Below are positions 51,582 to 62,830 of a DNA stretch of 64,000 nt, one piece after another. Source of the stretch: Octopus vulgaris. Its lineage: Eukaryota. The translations under genes were made by a program, and so were the position numbers. Below the pieces are notes generated by a model. It saw only the letters and a list, made by a program, of their open reading frames with translations. It did not search any database and was not told the DNA's origin. How positions within the stretch are numbered: the first letter of the stretch is position 1; the number at the start of each line of letters is the position of its first letter. The stretch spans positions 36,952,001 to 37,016,000 of the forward strand of contig OX597820.1 of the NCBI GenBank assembly GCA_951406725.2. The letters run 5' to 3'.

Positions 51582-53279
51582 TTACAGTGGTATGGTTTCT
51601 TTCTTGCATGGGGATATTTGTGAAGTCAATTCACTATTACGAGAAAATTTATTACCAGATATCACAGTATTATAGTCTCTTGTGTGAACACGCATGTGAG
51701 TAGTCACATTTCCATTACGAGAGAATGCTTTACCACAGATATCACAATGATATGGTTTCTCTCCCGAGTGAATACGTTTATGACTAGTCATATTTCCAAC
51801 AGAGGAGAATTTTTTGCCACAGATATCACAATGGTATGGTTTCTCACCTGTGTGAATACGTATGTGCCTAGTCAAATGAAAATTACGGGAAAACTTTTTA
51901 CCACAGATATCACAATTATATGGTTTCTCACCTGTATGAATACGTTTGTGAAGAGTTAGTTTAGAAGTAGAAAAAAATGTCTTACCACAGATATCACAAG
52001 GATAGAGTTTCTCACCTGTGTGAGTAAGCATATGAGAAGTTAAACTAGGCTTTTGGGAGTATGCTTTACCACAAATATCACAGTGGTATGGTTTTTCCCC
52101 TGTATGACAACGTTTATGAATAGTCAATTCACCGTTACGTGAGAATGTTGCACCACAGATATCACAATGGTATGGTTTCTCACCTGTATGTATACGTTTG
52201 TGAACTGTCAAAGCACTACTACATGTGAAAGTTTTACCACAGATATCACAATGGTAGGGTTTTTCACCTGTGTGAGTACGTTTGTGAACAGACAAGGTAT
52301 TACTACGAGGAAATGTTTTCCCACAAATATCACAGTGGTATGGTTTCTCACCTGTGTGACTACGTTTGTGAATAGTCAATTCACCATTACGAGAGAATGT
52401 TTTACCACAGATATCACAGTGAAAGGGTTTCTCACCTGTGTGAGTACGTTTATGGTTAACTAAATGTACATGCATATAAAATTTGTTACCACAGATATCA
52501 CAATGGTATGGTTTTTCACCTGTATGCTTACGCTTATGAACATTCACTTCATAATTACGAGAGAATGTTTTACCACAAATATCACAGTGGTATGGTTCCT
52601 CACCAGTATGAGTACGTTTGTGAACAGTTAAAATACCATTACGAGAGAATGTTTTACCACAGATATCACAATGGTATGGTTTCTCACCTGTGTGAATACG
52701 TTTGTGACTAATCACATTTCCATTGTATGTGAATGATTTACCACAGATATCACAATGGTATGGTTTCTCACCTGTGTGAATACGTTTGTGACTAGTGAAA
52801 TGCTCATTCCAAGAAAAATTTTTACCACAGACATTACAGTAGTATGGTTTCTCCCCTGTGTGAGTACGCTTATGACTAGTTAAATAATCATTCCGAGAGA
52901 ATGTTTTACCACAGATATCACAGTGGTATGGTTTCTCACCTGTATGTGTACGTTTGTGTCTCATCAAAATTCTACTGTTAGAAAATGTTTTACAACATAT
53001 ATCACATTGGTATAGTCTTTTAACTGTGTGAGTACATTTGTGTGATAACAATGAACCCTTTGTAGTGAACCCTTTGCCACAAACTTTACAATAGTAAACA
53101 TTTGGACTTGTGCAAAGTGACTTGTGTTTACTAATATATTTATGCCTTATAAATGTTTTTTTCTTGATGTCACAGTGTTCAGATTTCTTCTTTAAATCTT
53201 CCTTAGTTTTGTGAGAAAAGTCATTAGTCTCACAATGTGTGTCATTATAAACTTGATTTTCACACAGTTTCTCCTCCAT
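51582..53279 (-). CDS. G4: C2H2 zinc-finger protein, 17 fingers plus a decayed tail, 565 aa
   Basis: TGEKP-linked array; ATG (MEEKLC) at 53279; acceptor TTTCAG at 53731/53730. Confidence 0.94.
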   Translation of the reverse strand: MEEKLCENQVYNDTHCETNDFSHKTKEDLKKKSEHCDIKKKTFIRHKYISKHKSLCTSPNVYYCKVCGKGFTTKGSLLSHKCTHTVKRLYQCDICCKTFSNSRILMRHKRTHTGEKPYHCDICGKTFSRNDYLTSHKRTHTGEKPYYCNVCGKNFSWNEHFTSHKRIHTGEKPYHCDICGKSFTYNGNVISHKRIHTGEKPYHCDICGKTFSRNGILTVHKRTHTGEEPYHCDICGKTFSRNYEVNVHKRKHTGEKPYHCDICGNKFYMHVHLVNHKRTHTGEKPFHCDICGKTFSRNGELTIHKRSHTGEKPYHCDICGKTFPRSNTLSVHKRTHTGEKPYHCDICGKTFTCSSALTVHKRIHTGEKPYHCDICGATFSRNGELTIHKRCHTGEKPYHCDICGKAYSQKPSLTSHMLTHTGEKLYPCDICGKTFFSTSKLTLHKRIHTGEKPYNCDICGKKFSRNFHLTRHIRIHTGEKPYHCDICGKKFSSVGNMTSHKRIHSGEKPYHCDICGKAFSRNGNVTTHMRVHTRDYNTVISGNKFSRNSELTSQISPCKKETIPL

Positions 53280-54559
53280 GTTGTTTGTTAAAAAAAAGAA
53301 CAACTATAATTCCTTCCTTTATTGTTATTTGTGAAGTCAAATTGGTTGTTCATAAGGGGTATGCTAAACTACTGAGCACAAGGTCATGAAATAAAAACAT
53401 ACTGTTAATGGTAGTCTATTTAATCTGACAATTAGAATATTTAAAATGTGTCTCAGCTATTAATAAGCTTCTTTTAAATATATTGGAGAACAGTCATTCC
53501 TCACAAGACATTACTCATTAGCCATGTCAAATCTTCTATTAAATTTCTTGAGTTCGATCATCATATAAAATCAGCCATGGAATTTATTTCAATGGACCTC
53601 AGAAAATTGCTGTAAAGTTAGATAACACTGTTTTATTTTCTATAAAACCATTCTTAAAACTTTCATATTCTTCAAAGATTTGTTGATGTGTCTTGGGTGA
53701 AAAATTGTCACCTCAAGTTACCAGATAACCTGAAATAAAGAGATAATAACTCATATCAGACAATTAAATATCATCACAAATGATATTAGAGAAAAATATT
53801 GAGAGAAAACATGATGTGAGTTTTGATTTGTGGAACAACACTAGGTTATCATGTATCTATTCGAGAAAATTATCAAAGTTTCATGGTGTCATTGGAAAAT
53901 TGGAGTGAAGCATGAAGGTTGCATGGATGAATGATACCTGTGTACAGAAGAGTTATAAGGAAAGAGTAATATCATCTACATACGAATGTGTGTTACTAGA
54001 GCTGACAGCAAGTAAGTAGTTAAAGTACAAAAACAACGTATTGGAGAAAGTTCTGCCAACATAGATATCAATAATGCTGTCATCTATTAAGTTTCTGATC
54101 CAAGGAGAATATTGAAGCTGAGTTTCAAGATTTAGTCAATATTTATTTTAAGTTTCTGGATTTAGTCATGCACTATTTTTCCATGACCCTCTTTCATTTG
54201 ACTTAAATATTTTAAATTTTTGTAGCATTTCTGATCTTTCTGATGTCTAAGGATGGACATTAATGTGTGTGTGGCGTTTTTCAAATGTAATTCTGGATAA
54301 TTAAAAGGGCAAATTTACATTATCTTACTAATTTTGCCCCAGCAAAATTAGTAAGATAATTAGCCAAAAAAAGAACAGTGATAATTTTCTGAAATAGTGT
54401 TCTGAATATATTATTGTTTTTAATACATTTAGAGAAGGTCATTTGCTTCGCTGATATAGGAATTGTAGGGAGGTGAACATTTATAAAATATATTATTTCT
54501 CAAGGTCAGAAGCACATTAAATATTCCTCATTGCCCTCTTTGTTAAAAGTTTATCTTTT

Positions 54560-54767
54560 ATCCTTTACTTGTTTCAGTCAATTAAACTGCAGCCATGCTG
54601 GCAGTCTTGAAGAATTTTTAATCGAATGAATCGACCCGAGTATTTTTTAGCTTGGTATTTATTCTATCGGTCTTTTGCTGAACCGCTAAGTTACGAGGGC
54701 GTAAACAAACCGACACTGGTTGTCAGTGATGAGGGACAAACACAAAGACATAAACACATATATACAA

Positions 54768-54799
<32 letters not shown>

Positions 54800-54930
54800 G
54801 ATAGGTTTCTTTCAGTTTCCGTCTATCAAATCCACTCACAAAACTTTGGTCAGCCGAGGCGATAGTAGAAAACCCTTGCCCAAGGTACCATGCAGTGGGA
54901 CTGAACCCTGAACCATGTAGTTGGGAAGTA
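54560..54930 (-). mobile_element. tRNA-derived octopus SINE
   Basis: Reverse complement of 29325-29702. Confidence 0.8.
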
Positions 54931-55133
54931 AACTGATCAAACGCAAGGCTTGCACCTCGTTGAAGTGCAAGAGACTTTCAAAGTGAACCAACTCGGAACA
55001 GTCTGATAAAAGTGTCAATTAATGATAACGATATTTGCCGGAGGGTGACCCTGGCTAAGAATAACGATATTAATCTACATAGGTCTGTAGATCTACGACA
55101 TTATATCAGCAATAGATAGATAGATAAGGAAAG

Positions 55134-55227
55134 GGCGGAGGTAAACAATACGCACACCACCCGACTTCGGCGTAACCCTAAACCTAACCGCCGAAAACGG
55201 GAGGTGTGTGTATTCTTTACCTTCACC
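55134..55227. mobile_element. 94-bp mini-MITE with perfect 9-bp TSD and telomere-like loop
   Basis: TAAGGAAAG on both sides; 39-bp imperfect TIRs GG...CC; loop TAACCCTAAACCTAAC. Confidence 0.85.
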
Positions 55228-55600
55228 TAAGGAAAGATATGACATTCATTTTTTCGCAGCGTCGCATGTTTTATGTGATTCATTCCGACGATCATTTAAT
55301 CAGTTGTATTTAAAATGGCTACCAATTGACATTTATAAAAACAAATTATTATTCGGCTAAATAACACTTCTGGAGTAAAAGAATACAGTCCAATAAAGAT
55401 TCACTTGAATAAATGTTTACTGTAACACTTCATTGGACTTGAATAAATTCCTTACTCGACTCATAACTTCGTGTGATTTTAAAGCACTTTTGCAAGATGC
55501 CTTCTTTTATGTCCATCGGTTTCTTCACTTTATCTTACTGAACTCATCAAAACAAACAAATGACATGTGGAAGAAAGACAGGTATATCAATAATACTTAC

Positions 55601-55856
55601 ATATTAATATAGACCTATGTAACAATATTAGAACGTAAGTTGTAATGTGACAACGACAGCTTCCAAGCTTTTGCAGCAAACATTGATTTCCATTTTCAAA
55701 GCAACAAAGAATCTGTACTGTTCCTCTACACAGTTATTTAGCAATTGATCCAACTGAATGGCAGATATAACCAAGAACTGTTAGAGAAAAATAACCAGCT
55801 AAGAAGATTAAGACGAGAAAATTTGGGAACAATAAACCGACAGGGGAAATAACTCT
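55601..55856 (-). promoter_or_regulatory. G4 putative promoter motif plus non-coding exon 1
   Basis: AGAGTTATTTCCCCTG at 55856-55841; donor AT|GTAAGT at 55600. Confidence 0.6.
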
Positions 55857-56599
55857 AATTGTATTTTATTAATAAGCTACTGTTCTAAAAGAATTCTACG
55901 TGACAATTCTTCATTAAAACTACTAGTTTCACATTAATTATTGTCACTATAATCATCAAATATATATATTTTTCTATTTTAGTATAAGTTTGTGTGGCTG
56001 CCAGTGAAGAAACCATGTTTAGGCTGATGGGAATGTTTTTTATCCAACGAAGTCATAGTACAAATACTAGTTTCGAATTTTTAAAAAATCTAAAATACGA
56101 GAATATTTCAAGTATTAAATTTTTCTATTATGAAATAAAACAATAGAAAATATTCTTTATATCTTTGTATAAAGATGTAAAACACAAGAGTATTTCAGTC
56201 ATCTTTCTATTTTATTTTTATGAAGTAAATTTACTCAATGCTTTTCAATAGCCGGAGGTTAAATAACTTGAAGATAATAACTACAAATAAATTGGAAAAT
56301 CTCACGATCAAGTTGCTGATTAAGCTATGATCTGCGATCTACAAAAAACAAAATAATCATATATTCATTTCTCTATGTTAGCTTTCAGCCACCAAGAATT
56401 AAAACTGAACTATTAATTGCCAGTAAGGAGACTATCTCGTTTTGCGACCATAATATACTATCAAGCCTATTGAGCGTTTATAAATGAATAGTGTGCCTTT
56501 ATTATTATGAATTGATTTTTATTTTGCAGCGTTATTGTTCCAGTGTACTCAATTACATAAATATTCCACATTAAAATACACATCGAAAACCAAAGATAA

Positions 56600-56930
56600 C
56601 ACAATCATGAGCGAAAAAAAAAAGAAAGAAGAAAAACATCAATTCAACACTAAGCGTCTCAGTCGATCGCGTGCAATAAGGCTCAACGAAACCTATTGAA
56701 GCAAGCCAACACGCTCGCAGCATTACCGCAGATGATGGCGAGGTTACGGCGCTGTAACAGCCAGGCACCCACACTGGCATTATCTGACACCTCAGTAAGG
56801 CGAGCTGCTAACGATGACAGGAACTTCGCTGTCAGCTGCACAGCTCTTCCAAATATCTCAAAAGTCACAGGCCGGGAGAAATGGTTCACCGACAAGTTCC
56901 GATACTTAGGGATTTTGTTCCGATGTCCTC
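56600..56930 (-). mobile_element. CRE-clade (RLE) non-LTR retrotransposon 3' relic
   Basis: RNKIPKYRNL...PVTFEIFG...FLSSLAARL...GAWLLQRRNLAIICGNAASVL matches the recalled CRE C-terminus. Confidence 0.7.
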
Positions 56931-56959
56931 CGACCCATTCGAGTGACTACTTATACTGG

Positions 56960-57185
56960 CCCGACCCATAAGGTAGGTGCCTCATCTGAGACGCCAATCA
57001 GTGACTCCTTTGCCACCCTAACATCCTGGATGCTGTAGTAAACGGGTGAGTCTTGCTTCTGTAGCCGAACGGAACAAAATCCTAAAATATCGGGAATTGT
57101 CAGTAAGCCCTTTCTCTACTTTGTAACCTTTGAAGGAGCTGGGCCGCTAACAAGAATTCTTGTCATCGTTTTGTGTTGGCAGTCC
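56960..57185 (+). mobile_element. Second CRE relic, opposite orientation
   Basis: GRCLI*DA...DSFA...AERNKILKYREL; 57070-57170 is a diverged reverse complement of 56810-56922. Confidence 0.65.
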
Positions 57186-57587
57186 ATTGTTTCCATTTTA
57201 AGTTTATCTCTACTGGGTTTGTACAGAGTTCAGAGCCAGCCCTGAAAGTTATGACATTTCTATACGAATACGACTATGTAAACAATGAGATCGAAGACAG
57301 AAAACATAGGTAAAGCGTGTATATGCATATTTAAAAAGTTATTGTTTTTTCTTCAGCACCACATCCAAGTCATCTACAAACGCTTTGGTTAAATATCCAT
57401 TAAGTTTATGTGTGTAACGCTATTGGATAGACCAATTTACATATTCAACACATTCCTTGTAACTGAAACTTAAATATTAATTCCTAACAAGGAGGTAGTA
57501 TTTCGTTTTGCAACCTTAAAAACTAATGTGTGTGCGTGTGAAAGAAATGTCAGCTTTTTTTTCTATTTTAAATAAATTATATTATTG

Positions 57588-57990
57588 GGATCTTTTCGGT
57601 TTGAACGGCAGTTTTTAACATAATTTCTAGGTAACTAAAAAATTTTAAACTTCGTATACTGGTAGAATGTGTTTATAAAATATCTTTTTCTCTTGGCTTT
57701 ATTGAGAAAATTCTATAGTTTGTAAGATATTTGGTTTTTAATTTCTTGCATTTCGGCAATTTCAACCAATCAATGACAATCTATTGAGGTGAAAACATTC
57801 TGTGCCGTATGAATATGTCCCTCGTTTAAGAAACAGATTGGGTTTATTTACATTTGTGAAGAAAAAAAGATACCCTTCCCCTAACCCTAAAATAGATTGA
57901 AATGCAATAGATCGATACTAGGGTCATAATTATGGGTGACAATTTCATATGACACCGCTAGAAAAACTGCCGTTCAAACCAAAAAGATCT
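57588..57990. mobile_element. GGATC-TIR MITE with perfect 8-bp TSD
   Basis: TATTATTG on both sides; reverse-orientation copy of 24147-24556; internal CCCTAACCCTAA. Confidence 0.92.
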
Positions 57991-58730
57991 TATTATTGTC
58001 CTCAGACAGAGAGAGAAATCCATTTCTCTACTGTAAGCTTTCATATATTCTTGTTTACTTTTCGAAATGACATCAGTTTGCAATTACTTTTTAGTGTATT
58101 TGTTTGTTTTTGTCTTTTTTCAACAGAAAAAAATGTTTTGTTTTCAATAATGTAACCCGTAATGATGTTTAATTTCAAGTACTTGTTGTTCGTTTCACTC
58201 CTGCTTGATGTCCATGTCTATTTTTGTAGATTCTCTGTTTCAGTTTTTCCATTTTCAATTGCTCACTTAGATCCGTACTCCTAATTTTTTTTTTAATTAG
58301 CTAACCAGTGTCAAATATATAACACGTTACTGACATTTACCAACTCATTATTTTAACCATGAGAAATATTATTTTCTATTATTTAATCTTTTAGCGTTAA
58401 AAATATCAAATAATTGAAATCATAAAAAGTAGAGGTATTTTTGTAATTTGCTCCATAAAAATTATTTCAGCAACATTACCTTACAAAAAATTAAAATTTC
58501 CATTCTTTTAAAATGTTTTAAACAAAACATAGTATTTATAAAGCGAATAAATATTCGAAACTTAGGCTATGAAAACGAAACTATCTGCCAGTCTTCCGCC
58601 AATCACCAAAATCACCAAAAGTAAATATTAGACGAAGTATATTCATCATGTCGAAGATGATAATGAAGTGTGGAAAATCATAAGGCAACTTATAATAATC
58701 AAGTACACAGCTTTTAGACTCCTTGACAAT

Positions 58731-58989
58731 AGAGATACTTCTCTTGACTCTTAAATTTTCACAAATTCTGTTCACATCTATAGCCGTCATCTGTACTTAA
58801 CTATCATTTAGACGATGAATTTGAATATAGTTGATTGGTAATGAACTCTGTAAGACATACAGAATTCTTGATTAGTGAACTTAAGAATAGAAATTAACGT
58901 TTATCGTAAAAGGCTGAAGTTCTCTTGAAGCTATCATTATCCACTCTTACTTGAACAAAGGCAACATATTACACATTGTGACTACGTAT
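58731..58989 (+). promoter_or_regulatory. G5 putative promoter motif plus non-coding exon 1
   Basis: AGAGATACTTCTCTTG at 58731-58746 (weakest match); donor AT|GTAAGT at 58990. Confidence 0.45.
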
Positions 58990-61900
58990 GTAAGTATGTT
59001 AATATAATTATCTACATAGTACTACGTTATTTTTCATACGTTTGTTTTTATATGCTTAATAATAATATAAATTTTACGAAACTAATTGATATTCTCATGT
59101 TAGACTAATGATGCTGTTATCCTCTCTCCTGCCTCATCTGATTATCTTCACACTACATAAAACATGAAGGTTCGCAGAGAAAACAGAAATTGATGTAGAA
59201 GGGGAAGGTGGCGAGGAGGGTATCGAGGTAGGCAGTGATAAGTTCAGTATGGTCAGTTATTAGTGGAGACAATTGGGCAACTGGGGTTTTGGGGTTTATG
59301 GATCGATTAGGTTGGAAGTAGTGGGGGAGGAGGGCACGGGGCGATGGAAGGAGTTCCACAAATGTACCACTGCATTTCTGTAGAGGTTGGCCCGCCATAC
59401 CACCACGTCAGCGCCCTTGTCCGCCGGTTTGATGACGATGCCGTCGCAGTGAAGAGGGGAATAGAGAGTGACAAGTTCGGTTCTGGAGTTGCTCTTGCGT
59501 TATGATGGTTTGGGGAAGTTGAAGTGGTTAATTGCATGGCGACCAGCATCACTGAATAGATCCAGATTGCTGAAATGGCTAGGAATCGGTGGTGACCGAA
59601 GCAAGTGAAGCAACTGGAAGCAGTTGGTGCAGGAGAACTGTTGCCATAAAAAGCATATAGCTAGATACAGTGCAGAAACCATTCAATTTTAGTATGGGTT
59701 TGGAACTGTGTCCATCTCCAATGTTTGTTTTGGCATGGTTTCTATGGTTAGGACACCTTTCCTAAAAACCAACTGTTTTACAGTGAATTGGGTGATTTAT
59801 CTATGAGACCAGCACTAGTGAGGTTGACAATTACTTGCAAGACAGAAAAGACTCTGAGTGGGATTGAAGTAGATGGGGAAGTGGCTTTATGTCAGGTGTT
59901 GAAAGACAGAAGTTTGATAGAGGTACAGGCACAAGTGTCTTGTTATAGAGGAGATACATGTTTATCTTGCATTATATAAGGATGAGTGGGAGTAGCTGGA
60001 AAGAAGACAATGATGGTGATGGCAAGGTGTCAGAGCATACTCTTAAGATAGAAGAAAGTGAATACGAGGGAATATAGACAAAGAATCCGGAAGTGTGGGT
60101 AGGTAAAGTCATTAGAGTGTAAGAATGGCAGATGATTAGCGTTGGGCATAGAGGTCATTGCAGTAAATGGATCAAAGAAACCTGATGGAGAGAATGAAAG
60201 TCATACTTGTAATCTTTTTCTCAGACTTTGTATTATCTAATTTGTCTGTACACTTTTAATTCTGTATGGTGTTTGTTGAGGGAAGATTTGGCTGCTATCT
60301 CTAGCAGGTTGAGCAACCACATAGAGACTCATTTGCTAGCTTGTCTACTTTACTCTAGTAAAGTCTATATGTGTGATTTCTCTATATGTTCAGCAACTGT
60401 TTAAAACTGAAGTATTTTATAGATCTAAGCATGAGCCTCAATCTTTATGATGTAGCCTTTAAAATATATTGTTTCTATAAAGGTTAAAGAGATTTTAAAA
60501 CCTCTCATTGTAATGAGCATTTATGGATGTCCTGTTTGAGTGTGATTTGTTGGTACATACAGTTTGTGTTTTTGTTTAACAAGACCAAATTATCAAATCC
60601 CAATTGTATGATGTTTTTCAGGTCCTTTTCATGGTATATAATCGCATCATGTAGGAAATGTTGATGTTTTGTTTGAATAGGATTTATATACAGAAGATGA
60701 TGCAATAAAGATTAAATTAAATACGGAATGCGTAGGATTAGGTTGAGAGTGGGTTAGTAATGCAGTTAAAGAACTGTCTCGGAGAGATAACATTGTTCTT
60801 AAATATACCCAATTGATAGAGTATCTGTGGTAGTGCTCTGAGTGATAATTAAGTTGGTAAAGTGATACCACGAGAGGAGAATGATTGAAGTGAAAATCAT
60901 GTAAAAAAAATAACAACTTAGCTTTCACCATATTTCTGACAGGGAGAGACTAGTGATGAGTAATGTTCAAAAGAAATAATCTAATGACTTGAGCTCTACG
61001 GATCATATACTGGTGATCAAGAAATTAAACAATCAAAGTGTAAGCTCTGCATGTTTGTGCATGAGTTTAGGACAGCTTGCACAATGTACTTAGCTATAGA
61101 GAATGATTCAAGATATAAACATATTTACTACACTAAGTTTTGATGTTAGATTGATTAACCAAACTCATTTACATTATAATTGGGATTACTATGTGCATTT
61201 AATATTATTAATACTTGTTAAGAACTTTAGAATAATTGTTAAGGGAAAATGGCAGTAGAGGATTAGATGGAAAGTTGTGTACAGTCAGTGGGTTGAAATA
61301 AAAGTAGACTCTGCTGTAGTAATAGTAGCATATACAACTTTATAGGGAAGTCAAATAACCTCTTATGATTACAGTCCAGAATATGTTGGTATGAATGATC
61401 AACTGTTGGACATATTTGAACATTCTGTAATGTTAGCAAGTGTTTATTGCCTCATGCAGTTGACTGAAGCACTTCAGTGGGAGTAAATGAAGTTGCAATA
61501 TGTAGTACCTGGTTACTTCGTCCCACAGGAAAGTATAAATTTGACAATTTGAAACTTCTCATCCCATTTCACATGTTATGACCAGTTCTCTGCCTCTGGT
61601 CTGTTCTCTCAAACGTCTACACATCTTCCCACAGTGCTCTAGTACTTCAGTTAACTCAATAATTCTAAACCAGGGTGATAGCACCCCTTGGTTGGGGGTG
61701 CTACCGGCTAGGTTTAGAATAACTGTGGTATTGTAAACTCATAAAGAGGTATTATAAGAAGTACTAGGTGTTTAAATGCTGTTATTTTCCTTAGAAATAA
61801 AATATTTAAACAAAGTGCAATACTTATATTTCATATACATTTTCAAAAGAACTTTGTGTCAAGCATAAAATATAATACATTGTTTTTTCAGTGAGCAGAA

Positions 61901-62679
61901 GTATGTGTTGATGTGACAGAATAAAAATCTTATTTTATTATATAAATCACCACCTTCTCTAGTAATTTTCATAAAATTCAACATAAGGAATAATAATCCA
62001 GGTAAATATTTAAAAGAAGGCATAGATAGGATAATATAAGGAAATATGAATGATAAACCATAGCATGAAATTGCCGATTTCATTTAGATAATCTGCTTTT
62101 GATTTATTTAATTTGTAAAATATGGGAGGAGGTGTGCCATTTGGAGGAAAGGAGCATTAAGCTACAAAATGATGAAAAGCATTGAATTAACTGATCAAGT
62201 TCCACCACTTCTGAGACAACTAAATATATATGTAACTAACACCATCTTCCAAACTATACGCCTTTACATTCCTCATACAACTAAATCTTTTAACTCTCAA
62301 ATGTTTTTTTTTTATTGCTACTGAGTTGTAGTAATATTATCAGTGAACACTGCAAACAATTCCTGGAGGAAGACACTGGTACCAACCTGATTATCAAACT
62401 TTAACAACCTTTTATTAATTATATATATGTTCTGTTTATTCTATCATTCATAGACATTGCTTCATCATCATCGTTTTAATTTTTATGGATGGATACTCTT
62501 TCTGTTGCAAACTTACAAGCAAGCTAATTTCCCTATGGCCATTTTCACAAAAGATTGGAAATGAAAGAACTGCTTTTATGATGGTGATGCTCATTTGCAA
62601 CTATCACATGATGTCGAGACAAGGCAATACAAACACACACTCTCTCTCTCACACATGCACACACACACATACATACACA

Positions 62680-62830
62680 ACAGATTTCTTTCAGTTTCTG
62701 CCTACCAAATCCACTCACAAGATTTTGGTCATCTCTGGATGACACTTTCCCAAGGTGGCATGCCATGGGACTGAACTTGAAACTGTGCTTGGGAAGCAAA
62801 TTTCTTAACCACACAGCTATATCTGTGCCA
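62680..62830 (-). mobile_element. tRNA-derived SINE 5' part
   Basis: Reverse complement of 29325-29490. Confidence 0.75.

Noticed and set aside
59153-59682. Overlapping minus-strand ORFs in a purine-rich stretch
   Set aside because: Low complexity and no recognisable domain; probably a retroelement fragment
61679-61703. TAGCACCCC-N7-GGGGTGCTA hairpin
   Set aside because: Resembles a hAT-MITE subterminal repeat; bacterial-style terminators do not apply here
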